Below are positions 33,818 through 44,693 of a stretch of 64,000 nucleotides of DNA, one piece after another. A model generated the notes under the pieces. The model saw only the letters and a program-made list of their open reading frames with translations. It had not been told where the DNA came from and made no database searches. The stretch is taken from contig CM000436.1 of the NCBI GenBank assembly GCA_000165345.1, positions 256,001 to 320,000 of the forward strand. The letters are read 5' to 3'. Every line of letters starts with the position of its first letter. Positions within the stretch are counted from its first letter, which is position 1. Both the position numbers and the translations under genes were made by a program.

Positions 33818-34987
33818 ATGGATGAAATAGGAACAAATAAAAACTATATAATAATATTACTTGGAAGACGGCATGTAAAAGCAGGATTTTCTAAAAAAAT
33901 GGAACCATTTGTAATTTTGCAGACAAGTGAGCTCTTTTCTAAGTGTGTGGATGTATTAGAAATATCAGAAAATGATAATACAAATTTTTCTAAAGAATCA
34001 AATTATGTGACAGTTTTTAAAGATCCCATAAACTGGAAAAGAAGCTGGAGTTCTTTGATACGTATGTTGTACACTGATTATTTGATGTCAAATCCTAAGG
34101 ATTATCCAGTAATACTATTAGAAAGACCATTTTTTCCAATAGAACTTTCAAATTATATTAAACAGATTCTATTGGAGAACTATCAGGTTCCTGGTGTTAA
34201 GAGAATTAGTGAGCCAATAGTAAGTCTTTTCACCACAGGATTTAAAACAGGAATAGTGGTTGATATAGGAACAAATGAGACAATAGTTTGTCCTATTTAC
34301 GATGGATATCCAATTGAATATAATGTTAAAATAATTAATTGTGGATATGATGATTTTAAGAAGAAATTTATGAATGAATTATTTTCTCAATATAAAGAAA
34401 AACCAGAAGAAGACATAATTAAAGAAATAAGTAACGATTTAATGGATGATATTATCTTTCAGAGCGGAATAGTAAACCACGAATTTAACGATAATATTGA
34501 AAGTAATCCCAATATTACAGATTTTACATATGAGAATTTAATAGTTAAAGATAAATACATTAATTTAGTTGTTGATAAAAATACCAGAACCAAACCATTC
34601 GAGATTTTCTTTGGAGATAAAGCATTTCCCAATTCAGAAGTCATTCATCATATTGTTTTAGATGGAATCATCCAAGTTTTATTAAATTCTAATATTGAAA
34701 CAAGAAAAGAGCTTTCTCAAAATATATTAATTTGTGGCGGGCTTGCATCCGTACCAGGTTTTGAAAGAAGAGTCTCTTCTGAACTTGGAGAACTAATTTC
34801 AAATGAAAAAATACTAAAACCTTTAGCAGATCATTTCTTCGTTACTTGTCCCCCCATTTCTCCTTTTATCAGATCATACTATGGTGCAGCTCTTATGTTA
34901 CAACATGAAAAAATTAATTATAATTTTGAAAACACTAATTTACAAAGAATTTCCTCTAAAATTAACTCAAAATTAGAAATTGCATAA
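33818..34987 (+). CDS. divergent actin-related protein (actin-fold ATPase), ~390 aa
   Basis: [35 protein letters not shown] aligns with actin [60 protein letters not shown] aligns with [24 protein letters not shown]. The ORF track start at 33806 is GTG; the first ATG is 33818 (MDEIGTN...). The ARP subclass was not resolved. Confidence 0.75.
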   Translation: [389 protein letters not shown]

Positions 34988-35226
34988 ATGCCAATTACGT
35001 GGTGCATGCGCATGATTTGCGCGCCTCAAAGTTTCTCCCCACACTTTTGGAGGCAGTGTATAATTTTAGGAATAATTAGTCAAAAAAAGGGGAATTATTC
35101 GATATAGAAAATTTAAAAGCTGATTAAATAACTGGTCATTTTTATTACATATGATATCATGTAGAAACTGTGTATGACACTTTTTTTGGTTTTTCTTTTT
35201 TCTCCCAAAATTTCAACAAGGAAGAC

Positions 35227-37215
35227 ATGAGTTTACTTAATCATTGTAAGAGGAGGATCATAGAGGAGATCATTTCACCGGTACGTGCAATGTCTGCTTC
35301 TGGAAGTGATGGATATTTAACTATGGTAGTTGATCAATTTACACTTAAAGTAATTTCCTCATGTTGTTCATTCTATGATATTATTGAGGCAGGAGTTACC
35401 ATTGTCGAGCAGTTACATTCAAAAAGGCAGCCATTAAGAAAAATGGATTGTATTTACTTTGTAACAAACGAGAAGAGAAATCTTGAACGGATTCAGAAAG
35501 ATTTTGAAGGTGAAGGGATGTATAGGTCAGCTCATTTGTTTGTTACTGGTTTTAGGGGAGAAAGAATGGCAGGTTTTGATATACTTTCTAATCACGAAGG
35601 TCTTTTGAAGAAGTTATTAGCTTTTAAAGAAGTCAATTTAGACTTTATTCCATATGATAGCAGAACCTTCTACATTGATATTGATGGTTTATTTACAACT
35701 AGTCTTGATCTTTCTGAAAAGCTTCAACAACAAATTATGTCTGGAATTAATACATTATGTAAGACTCTTGGAGTTAATAGTAAGCCAGTAATAAGATATC
35801 AAGCATCAGGAAGAGTAGAAGTGTCAACAGAATGTAAGAACTTGGCTGAAAAGCTCAATTACTTGCAGAATGGAGGAGCCGAAAGCAATGAAGAATGTAC
35901 AATATTATTATTAGATAGAAGTTTTGATACTGCTCCATTGTATATACATGATTATCACTATCAAGCATTAGCTTATGATTTATTGAATATTCCAGTATCT
36001 ATTAGTAATCCTGATCATTATAACATTTTATCAAGTACTAGACTTGACAACACTAACTTGAAGAATAAGGACGAAAACCAAAAGATGGATGATGTATATG
36101 AGTACGAAGTCTCTAGTACAGGAGGAAAAAAGGAAATAAAGAAGGCAGTGCTTGATGAAAGGGATTCAAAATGGGTATTATATAGGCATGAACATATTGG
36201 AAATGTAAACCAGGCAATTACGGATGAAACTTTAAAGTTTACTCATAATAATGTTACTGCAAAGATCCATAGAGGGGAAAATAAAGGGTCAAATTTTTCA
36301 ACAAGTGAGACAATACAAGCAGTTAGAACTCTTCCTCAATATCAACAAACTCTTTCCCGATACTGGACACATATTAGTTTGATCGGAGAATGTTTTAATA
36401 TTTTAAAGAAGAATGATATTACATCAATAGGGGAAATTGAGCAATGTATTACAACAATGTTAGATTCTGATGGGAAATCCTTAACTGCAAATAAGCAAAG
36501 AAGTAATCTGCTTACTGTGTTGGATCAATCTGCATTGGGAAAATCGGAAGGAGAATTTCCAATAATTAATAACAATAATGACAAACTTAGATTGATCTTA
36601 CTATATATCTCGCATTATACAGGAATAAATAATGATGATTTGAATCAATTAATTGAGCATGGAAGGCTCTCGAATAACGATCAAATTGTACTTAAAAAAC
36701 TTCTTGGACTTGGCTTGTGTAACTCATTTGATGATATTGCAGCTGGAAATGGAAAACATATTCACAAATACGAGCTTAATAATAAAGAAAGAGTTAAATA
36801 CTATAAACAAAGATTGAGAAATATAGAAATCAATCTTTCCAGATTTGAGCCTTTAATAAAGACAATAATCTATCACCTTCTTTGCCAACTCAATATTGGA
36901 AACAACTCATTAATTTCTTATAATAGTTTTAATCAAAATAGTTTTAACGAAGAATTTCCTTGCATCAGTAAATATTATGCTAATGAAGGTTCACATTACT
37001 TGCTTGGAAACTTGAACCAAATACAATCTCATTCTTCTATTCCTAGGTATTCTTTAAAAAACAAACTTGTGATTGTATTTGTGATAGGGTCTATTACATT
37101 TCCCGAAATTAGATGCGTTTACGAACTTATGAATGAATCCAATTCAAATATTTATATTGGAGGAATTAATATTACTACTCCTACTCAACTTATAAGGCAA
37201 GTTCTACACTCATAA
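35227..37215 (+). CDS. Sec1/Munc18-family (SM) vesicle-fusion regulator, ~660 aa
   Basis: The N-terminus ...YLTMVVDQFTLKVISSCCSFYDIIEAGVTIVEQLHSKRQPLRKMDCIYFVTNEKRNLERIQKDF matches the Sec1 domain-1 signature ([57 protein letters not shown]). The ORF track start at 35170 is GTG; the first ATG is 35227 (MSLLNHCKRR...). Which SM paralogue (Sec1, Sly1, Vps45 or Vps33) was not resolved. Confidence 0.8.
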   Translation: MSLLNHCKRRIIEEIISPVRAMSASGSDGYLTMVVDQFTLKVISSCCSFYDIIEAGVTIVEQLHSKRQPLRKMDCIYFVTNEKRNLERIQKDFEGEGMYRSAHLFVTGFRGERMAGFDILSNHEGLLKKLLAFKEVNLDFIPYDSRTFYIDIDGLFTTSLDLSEKLQQQIMSGINTLCKTLGVNSKPVIRYQASGRVEVSTECKNLAEKLNYLQNGGAESNEECTILLLDRSFDTAPLYIHDYHYQALAYDLLNIPVSISNPDHYNILSSTRLDNTNLKNKDENQKMDDVYEYEVSSTGGKKEIKKAVLDERDSKWVLYRHEHIGNVNQAITDETLKFTHNNVTAKIHRGENKGSNFSTSETIQAVRTLPQYQQTLSRYWTHISLIGECFNILKKNDITSIGEIEQCITTMLDSDGKSLTANKQRSNLLTVLDQSALGKSEGEFPIINNNNDKLRLILLYISHYTGINNDDLNQLIEHGRLSNNDQIVLKKLLGLGLCNSFDDIAAGNGKHIHKYELNNKERVKYYKQRLRNIEINLSRFEPLIKTIIYHLLCQLNIGNNSLISYNSFNQNSFNEEFPCISKYYANEGSHYLLGNLNQIQSHSSIPRYSLKNKLVIVFVIGSITFPEIRCVYELMNESNSNIYIGGINITTPTQLIRQVLHS

Positions 37216-37404
37216 AGTAATTACAATTAAAAATAAATACTAAATAGTTAATAAATAACATTATCAAAGTTTAGTTTAATTACTTTTATACTCACTGTGT
37301 TGTTTCATATTTAAGTAAAAATATTAATTTCCTAATTCAGATTTATCAGTTCATTCGAAATTAATATTACATTTTTTGTCCACATGCAAATATGCAATGG
37401 CCAT

Positions 37405-37425
37405 GGCGGGCAATTTTTGCCGCCC
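37405..37425. promoter_or_regulatory. inverted pair of GGCGGG boxes (GGCGGGCAA-TTT-TTGCCGCCC) upstream of the 37600 gene
   Basis: Direct read; flanked by CCACATGCAAATATGCAATGG. Confidence 0.6.
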
Positions 37426-37599
37426 GAAATTTATAAGCAAGGTCTAGAGATCTTATTTGACATTCAATGTGTAAAATTGGATGAAATAAGGAGAAAAAAA
37501 GATAATAGTAGGAGAGAAAAAAATAAGGAAATATTAATTGAGCAAATTCTAGTATTATCAAATAAAAAGATTAAGAGAGAGGTATAAAATTGATTAAAA

Positions 37600-38694
37600 A
37601 TGGGGAGAAAAAGTAGTGATGGATCCGGAATGGGAGCGGATATTCTGCATGCATTGGGGTTTAATAAGACCTCAAACTCAGATAATTCTGATACTGCAGA
37701 TAATAAAAGCAAGGGTCAGACAAAATTAGGTAGACTTAAATTTCCTAAGAATAAAAAAAAATCAAAAAAACATAATATTGAGGTGGATTCTGCTAAATTT
37801 AGCACAGAAATTGATTTAAAAGCAAATGACAATAGTGAGATAGAGCAAGCAAGTGAAAAGCCTACAAATTCAAGTTTAATGGATGTTCAATTATCTTTTG
37901 AAGGAGTTCTTACTGAGCTAGAAAAATCTTTGGAAAATATTAAAAAGAATGTAGATCATGCAGAATCTTGTTTGGAGAATATTTATATATCTGTAGATAA
38001 GCTGGAGAAGTTTTCTGAACTTTGTAAAGTGGAAAATAAAGATGTTATATTAGGTTTGCATAAACTAGTAAATGTACACAAAGGAGCAGCATTACTTTCA
38101 ACATTTTCTAGTGACCCTACATTTAAAAAGAATTGCGATTACAACGTAAGTGATGAATCAAAATCTGCTGAAAAAAGGCTTGAAAGCAAAAGATCTGGTG
38201 ATACTAATGTAGTGGAATCTGAGCATGAATCAAATGTTGCAACAGTAATAGAAACTCATAATTCAAATAACTCGGAAACTAAACCAGCTTTTGTTAAATC
38301 AAATTCTAAGACTTATAATGTAAAGAACAGTCTATCAAATAATGTTTTTAATAAGACAGAAATGGTTACACCTAGTAAAAGCAATAATAATTTTAATTCT
38401 GAATCTCCTAGTGCTAAAAGCACTATGAAAAGTGAACCAATTAATAAAGAATTGGAAATAACAAAAGATGTTAATGCTTCATATTCTGACAAAAATAATA
38501 GTGAAAAGTCACCAAAGGAAGGTAAAATTAGTAAAACTGAAAAATTTAAAGAGAAGCTTAACCTCAAAATGAGGAAGAAAAAAGACAGTACACATGAGTC
38601 CAACGATCCAGATTCAGCTGATGCAGAAAATAGTACTGGTATTCAAACCAGAATGGAAAGGTTTAAGAAAAAGTTTGACCGAAAAAGTAAATAA
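37600..38694 (+). CDS. hypothetical Lys/Ser/Asn-rich protein with N-terminal MGxxxS (possible N-myristoylation) motif, 364 aa
   Basis: ATG ORF MGRKSSDGSG... with Gly2 and Ser6. Extremely K/S/N/E-rich with no recognisable domain. An inverted pair of GGCGGG boxes lies 180 bp upstream (37405-37425). Confidence 0.5.
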   Translation: MGRKSSDGSGMGADILHALGFNKTSNSDNSDTADNKSKGQTKLGRLKFPKNKKKSKKHNIEVDSAKFSTEIDLKANDNSEIEQASEKPTNSSLMDVQLSFEGVLTELEKSLENIKKNVDHAESCLENIYISVDKLEKFSELCKVENKDVILGLHKLVNVHKGAALLSTFSSDPTFKKNCDYNVSDESKSAEKRLESKRSGDTNVVESEHESNVATVIETHNSNNSETKPAFVKSNSKTYNVKNSLSNNVFNKTEMVTPSKSNNNFNSESPSAKSTMKSEPINKELEITKDVNASYSDKNNSEKSPKEGKISKTEKFKEKLNLKMRKKKDSTHESNDPDSADAENSTGIQTRMERFKKKFDRKSK

Positions 38695-39051
38695 TTTCTA
38701 CTTTCTTTTCTCCATTATATTTTAATATAATGCATGTAGTCAACAACATGTGGCGCGTGTTTGGCGCTGGCGGGCTACTGTATGTCAAGAAAAAACTGAA
38801 TTTAGTGAATTAAATCTAATTAGGAAATAGCTTGAAACTAAAACGAAGGAGAATAATCTTAATTGAAAAGAATACTGGAATTTAGACAAAAGGTTATAGA
38901 TTTCTTGTATTTTTTTTAGTTTTAACTCCTTTATCTTTAATTTTATAATTTTGTTATTTTCAATTAAGCTTAATAGTTTTTGAGACCATAATTATTATAC
39001 GATAAGTCTATAAGGTTAGAAAAGTATAGAGAGAGCTTGAAAGGTTGGAAA

Positions 39052-42000
39052 ATGAAGCAAAGTAAGCCTCAAGATAAAAGACAGGTGAGGCAGAGGTACA
39101 AACAGCATGCAAAGGATGCAAATGATATATTTGAGTTAAATTCTCCTATTGGAGTTAGTTGTTTGGATTCTGCATTACAAGATAGGCTAAATATTATTCT
39201 TCAAAAGTATAAGGATTATGGGACAGAATCTAAGAATATGGTATTGGGAGCTTTGCCTTATATTGTTTCTATGTTAAAAAAGGTGGGATATTTAGAGTTT
39301 AAGACTCCATTAAAGAGTACTATTAGAGAGAATAGTAAAACAATGCTATTTGCAGATATTTTGAAACTTGATGAGGAGTTTGGATTGTCCGGTACCTTTC
39401 AAGGATTGTTGGGAGAAAATATTCCCATAAGCAATTTAAGATTAAAGAGTCCGATAAGATTAATGAACGTGGAATTTGCTATTAATCAGGAATCTGTTGT
39501 GGATTTAGTTTTTGATCTTCCAGGATCCTTGATAGAATCCAAAGATTATACTAACTATTCTTATTTTATTAAGAGGGGAGCATTAGTTATGGACTTATTT
39601 CATAAGTTACTTAGCAAAAATAAGGATAATAAGATACAAAACATTGCAGAAAATGAGGCAGAAATGATAAATAGAGAATTATTATCTAAGGAAGATCTTC
39701 AAACTATGGGTAAGAATGGATTACCTACGCTTTTGTCAGTCAATCAAATCAAGGAAATTCAAATAGAAATTGACTATTTGTATGATCTAAGGTATATTCC
39801 AGTTGTTTCAATTGTATTAGTATTAAAATCAGGTAAAGAGTCGAAAGATTTATTTCTATCAAAATTTAGATTCAGAATCCTACCAAGTATTCCTGAATCA
39901 TCCAAATTGAGTAAAGATTCTATCTCAGTATATAGAAATTGCGTAAGAAGGAGTTTTATGAATTACGATACCTTCAAATATTATCAAGATCAATTAAATT
40001 CATGTTTTTTACCACCAACACCACAATATAATGGGGCTATTTTGAGTAATACCAAAAATCAAATGCTTAAATTATCTCAAATTATTAATGAAGTTTTATC
40101 TTCTGTTATGCTTGAAGATACTTTCCTACTTCTCAAACTTTGGTGTATAAGATGGAAGATTTGGAATCACTTAAAAGTTAATGATCAATTTAGACTTTCT
40201 GGTCAGTTTGATGAAGAAATTCTCTTATATCTTTTGTTTCATACTCTGGAATTAAATAGAGATGTATTAAATTCAAGAAAAACTAGCTCATTACAATTAT
40301 TTAAGCTTGTATTAATGACTCTACAAAAAATGATCACAAATTGGAAATCTCAAGATAAAGATCAACCCGGTACCTATTACGTGTTTGGCGAATTATCACC
40401 AAAATATTATGAGAAAATATTTGTACAAGGTAAAGACTTTAAGAGGACGAATTTATTACATTTATTTAATAGAGATTATATTGGAAACCAAGTTTTTATT
40501 TTAACAGATGAAGAAGATCAAGTATATAATGTATTTTGGAGATGTCAAGATTTACTCAAGGAGGAGTTACCTGAGATATTAAATAAAACTTTGTCACTTT
40601 TTGACAATAAAGAAATTCTTGGTTATTCTGAAACTATTTCTGATATATTTAGTCTTGGAGTTGAGCTTGATAATAAGTTAAGAGTTCAAGGACATGATCA
40701 AAATAAGATTTTGAATGATACTCCTTTAATGCTTACATTATTGGAATTTGATTCTTGTATAATGATATCTTATCCAAATTCTTTTCATAATATTCAACTT
40801 AGTTATTTAATTTCACCAGATAACAATATTCCAAAAGAAATTAGTCTAGGTGAAGATTCAAATCCAAAAACTATCAAGAGAAATTTTGATTCAATTTGGG
40901 AAAATTGTCAGAGTTCAAATTTGGTTGAGATCACGAGACGAATCTTAATTAGAAGCTACACCGATAGAGTCAAAAATATAAATTTGAGAGAAATAGTCTC
41001 AAAAGAAAAGTTTGGATGTATTATTGGTATTCAATTCGCTTCAAAAATTACAAGATCTATAGATAAAGGTCCTTTTGTTGATACTTTTGAGGCAAAATTA
41101 TTTAAAGAATTTTGGGGTAATGATAAAATTGAGACAAGAAGATTTAGAGACGGTACCGTATTAGAAACATTAATTTGGAATAATGAAATTGATTCAAATA
41201 ATGAATTTATTACAAATAAAGGGATTAATGAAGATATTTTAAAATATACATTAAGTAGACATCTCCCACAAGTTAAATTAAATTCAGAAACAATAACAGG
41301 TACCAAAGATAATAATAATATTACTTATTCTATGACACCTTTTGGATCTATTAATCCTTATTTAAGCCGAGAAAAAAATGTACATGAAGAATTCTCCAAC
41401 TTTAAATCTATTATTACTGGATTAACTTCTCTTCCTTTAAGTATTAAATCAATTCAATCATCCAATTCAATTTTGAGATTTATGAAATTTTATACCAACT
41501 TAAATTCTGATCTAAATGAAGGAGAAGGAGAAGAAATACAATGTGTAATAGAAATGGAACAATCTAATAAATGGCCAAAAACAAAAGAATCTATTGAAAA
41601 GATTAAAATTGCATTTTTATTATCAATACAAAAAGAATTAGGAGAATTACATTCTATTTCTTCTGATATTATACCAGAATATAATTATTTAGAAGGTACC
41701 GATAATCCTGATTTAAAAGGCTTTGCTCCATTTTTAGATGTATATTGGAAAGGAGATATCACTTTTAGAATTAGTATATTTCATCCAACAGAATTAGAAC
41801 AAATTGCAAAAATTACTATTGAACCTGAAAATATGTCAGAAAAAGTTATTGAAGAAAATATTAAATTTCCACAGGAAAACCTTTCCCAATTACGTAATTT
41901 GTGGTGGAAAACACAAACTGGAGCAAAATTACTCAATCTAAGTAATTATTTCCCTTCTTTAAGACAAACTATTAAGAAATTAAAACAATTTGCCTCAGTT

Positions 42001-42957
42001 AATAAGATCCCAGATTCTCAAGAATTCTTAGAACATGTTGCTGCTTATGTATATACAAATAATGATCTAATGAATTCTATATATAAGGTACCCGGTACTT
42101 CTACTACTGGATTCTTAAGATCTTTATGGTTAATTTCAAGATTTGATTGGGAAAAAAAACCATTAATTGTAGATTTTGATTTTCAAATTAATGAAGATTC
42201 TGAAATTAAAAGAATTTCTACTTCAGAATTTCAAAAGCTTGATCAGATTCATTCAATTCAGTATAATTATATTAAAAAGCATAAATTACCAAAGAATTTT
42301 TTTTATGTATCATCACAATATGATCCACAATCTTTGTTGATTAAACTACCAAGTTTCTATAATTCTACTAGATTAGTTCATTTTTCAAAATTATATATTA
42401 ATATTATTGTTTATCAGAATTCATTCAATCTGCCAATTAAAGAGATTAAATCATCATTCTTAACTCAGCCTAAAAATGACATTATTATTTGTCTTCAACA
42501 AGATTATATGAGTCTTATTAATCCTCAATCAAAAAAGTTTAAATCTTCAAATGTACTAGCACTTAAAAAACAATATGTTAATTTGAATTCTACTCAAGAG
42601 TTATTAAGTAACTGTAATATCAAAGCTTCACCTTATAATGTTGCTAAAGAGATTTTTGAGAGTTTTATATTGGAAATTAAATCACTTTGGAATCATCAAG
42701 TTGATATAATTTATGATTCTTATGTACTTCCTTATCCAGAAAAGATTTATCTTAAAGTAAGAACAAGTCAATTCTTTCCTTCAAAAATTACTGAAAGTCA
42801 AAATAAAAAAAGAAAGAATCATCTTCCTGGTTGTATTATTTCCTATTCTAATAATTCCACTGGAAATTACAATATTTTTACAATACCTAATTTACCTCTT
42901 ATTTTAAGTACAATTTGGAGTAGATATTCTGGTTTTATCACTGATATACAGATATAG
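39052..42957 (+). CDS. NOL6: nucleolar protein 6 / Nrap (UTP22-like SSU processome component), ~1300 aa
   Basis: SLWLISRFDWEKKPLIVDFDFQINEDSEIKRISTSEF matches human NOL6 FLVSTFDWKNNPLFVNLNNELTVEEQVEIRSGF. FKEFWGNDKIETRRFRDGTVLETLIWN matches FRQFWGSRSELRRFQDGAIREAVVWE. LLLKLWCIRWK matches LLKVWLRQRELD. The ORF track start at 39037 is TTG; the first ATG is 39052 (MKQSKPQDKRQ...). Confidence 0.75.
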   Translation: MKQSKPQDKRQVRQRYKQHAKDANDIFELNSPIGVSCLDSALQDRLNIILQKYKDYGTESKNMVLGALPYIVSMLKKVGYLEFKTPLKSTIRENSKTMLFADILKLDEEFGLSGTFQGLLGENIPISNLRLKSPIRLMNVEFAINQESVVDLVFDLPGSLIESKDYTNYSYFIKRGALVMDLFHKLLSKNKDNKIQNIAENEAEMINRELLSKEDLQTMGKNGLPTLLSVNQIKEIQIEIDYLYDLRYIPVVSIVLVLKSGKESKDLFLSKFRFRILPSIPESSKLSKDSISVYRNCVRRSFMNYDTFKYYQDQLNSCFLPPTPQYNGAILSNTKNQMLKLSQIINEVLSSVMLEDTFLLLKLWCIRWKIWNHLKVNDQFRLSGQFDEEILLYLLFHTLELNRDVLNSRKTSSLQLFKLVLMTLQKMITNWKSQDKDQPGTYYVFGELSPKYYEKIFVQGKDFKRTNLLHLFNRDYIGNQVFILTDEEDQVYNVFWRCQDLLKEELPEILNKTLSLFDNKEILGYSETISDIFSLGVELDNKLRVQGHDQNKILNDTPLMLTLLEFDSCIMISYPNSFHNIQLSYLISPDNNIPKEISLGEDSNPKTIKRNFDSIWENCQSSNLVEITRRILIRSYTDRVKNINLREIVSKEKFGCIIGIQFASKITRSIDKGPFVDTFEAKLFKEFWGNDKIETRRFRDGTVLETLIWNNEIDSNNEFITNKGINEDILKYTLSRHLPQVKLNSETITGTKDNNNITYSMTPFGSINPYLSREKNVHEEFSNFKSIITGLTSLPLSIKSIQSSNSILRFMKFYTNLNSDLNEGEGEEIQCVIEMEQSNKWPKTKESIEKIKIAFLLSIQKELGELHSISSDIIPEYNYLEGTDNPDLKGFAPFLDVYWKGDITFRISIFHPTELEQIAKITIEPENMSEKVIEENIKFPQENLSQLRNLWWKTQTGAKLLNLSNYFPSLRQTIKKLKQFASVNKIPDSQEFLEHVAAYVYTNNDLMNSIYKVPGTSTTGFLRSLWLISRFDWEKKPLIVDFDFQINEDSEIKRISTSEFQKLDQIHSIQYNYIKKHKLPKNFFYVSSQYDPQSLLIKLPSFYNSTRLVHFSKLYINIIVYQNSFNLPIKEIKSSFLTQPKNDIIICLQQDYMSLINPQSKKFKSSNVLALKKQYVNLNSTQELLSNCNIKASPYNVAKEIFESFILEIKSLWNHQVDIIYDSYVLPYPEKIYLKVRTSQFFPSKITESQNKKRKNHLPGCIISYSNNSTGNYNIFTIPNLPLILSTIWSRYSGFITDIQI

Positions 42958-43653
42958 GATTTTGTTTTAATTTCAAACTACTTAATTTACTTGGATAATT
43001 TTAGATAGATAGAAAAAGAGAGATAATGAAGGAAAAAGAAAAAAAAACAAGAAACAAATCAATTCAATATTAATCGCTATATTACTAGTCCATAGGAATA
43101 ATCTGTCAATTTTACGATTTGTACTCCAATTTTACTTTCTTTCATTATATTATTCATTTAAATATATTATTTCTATAATCTTATTCAACGAATCCTTTTT
43201 TTTATTTTTCTTTCAAATTTGATCTTAATTCATCTTTTTTTTTCCCCTATTGAAATTAACCGATATAATCAATAAATTAAAAAAAAGTTTCCCACATGCG
43301 GCGGGAAAATATTGGCGCCTCATGCCAGATTAATTTATATAATTTTATATAATGGATCATTAAGTTAAATAATAGTGCAGTTAATAATAATAAAAGTTAA
43401 TAATTGTAATATAATAATAATATTAATATTTGAAAAATTAGTATTAAAAATATATTTATATATAAATAAATATACATAAATATATAAACATTTATTTATA
43501 AATATATATTGGAGTTTAGTGGGAAAGAAAAAAGATCAAGTAAATAAGAAGGTTTGTAGAAGATTGTGTGCAAAGAATTTAAGTAATATTAGGATAGTGT
43601 AAATAAGTTTGGATATTATATATAAATATAGAAAAGTAAGTGTTTGGTAGAAA

Positions 43654-44313
43654 ATGAATGGGTTTAGATTGTGTGGTGATATGCTCCACCTTTTGAGCAT
43701 TTTTCTTCTTTTAAAAAAGTTAAGAAAGAGTAAGAGTTGTTTGGGTATTTCATGTAAGATGCAGGAAATCTATTTGATAGTATTTTGTAGTAGATATATT
43801 GATTTATTATGGAGTTTTGTATCAGTATATAATACTTTAATGAAAGTTGTATTTATTGCAAGTACTAGTTATTGTATATATTTAATGAGATATCAAATTC
43901 CAATCAGTAGAACTTACGATTCAAATGCAGATAGTTTTCCATATCATAAATATTTATTATTACCAGCCCTATTATTGGGTTTTATTACTTCTGAAAAATG
44001 GATAGTTTCTGAGATATTATGGAGTTTTTCAATCTGGCTTGAATCTGTTGCAATTTTGCCCCAATTAGTACTTTTACAACAATTAAGAGAAGTAGAAAAT
44101 TTAACATCAAATTATGTTGTAACTATGGGACTTTATAGATTATTTTATATTTTTAACTGGATTTACCGTTTCTATGCTCAACATTATGTAAACTGGGTTG
44201 GCTGGATTGGAGGACTAATTCAAACAGCAATTTATGTGGATTTCTTTTACTATTATGCAATGAGTAAATGGTATGGCCAGAAATTGATACTTCCTTATTC
44301 TATTGAGATTTAG
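43654..44313 (+). CDS. ERD2: ER lumen protein-retaining receptor (KDEL receptor, ERD2), 219 aa
   Basis: [40 protein letters not shown]...[23 protein letters not shown]...[17 protein letters not shown] is colinear with human KDELR1 ([37 protein letters not shown]...[20 protein letters not shown]...LGLYRALYLANWIRRY). Confidence 0.9.
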   Translation: [219 protein letters not shown]

Positions 44314-44409
44314 TTCATGTAATTATTTATATTTTCTGCAGTATATATTGAATATTGAGTATAAGTAGAATAAATAAGATGAATTTCTAAGGAAGACTTT
44401 CAGATAAGT

Positions 44410-44429
44410 GAGGGGAGGGGGGAGGGAGG
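44410..44429 (+). repeat. G-rich tract GAGGGGAGGGGGGAGGGAGG (G-quadruplex-capable; resembles the Cryptosporidium G-box motif class)
   Basis: Read directly. It is the only strongly G-rich 20-mer in the window and lies in the convergent 3' spacer between ERD2 and the Pam16-like gene. Confidence 0.7.
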
Positions 44430-44693
44430 CATCGGAGTGTAGGTCAAATTCACGATCCTCTGCTTTTTTTTTTCTATTTTTTAATATTCTTTCTCTTCCA
44501 ATTAGCATCTAAACTGAGTATAAATTAAGAATCTCATTCTTTTAGTATCAAAAAGAGAAAAAGAAGAAATAAAGGAAGAGAAGTAAAAACATATATTACT
44601 TAGTATTAATTTGGACAAAGTTGAATAAAATAGAGAAAGAATTAGTGACCTATTATTTCATGTTCACTCTAATTAAAAAGTATATTTTCAATA

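Noticed and set aside
44323-44508. 61-aa minus-strand ORF in the ERD2 / Pam16 3' spacer
   Set aside because: Arg/Lys-rich and overlaps the G-rich tract. No start context or splice signals. It lies where both neighbouring 3' UTRs must be.
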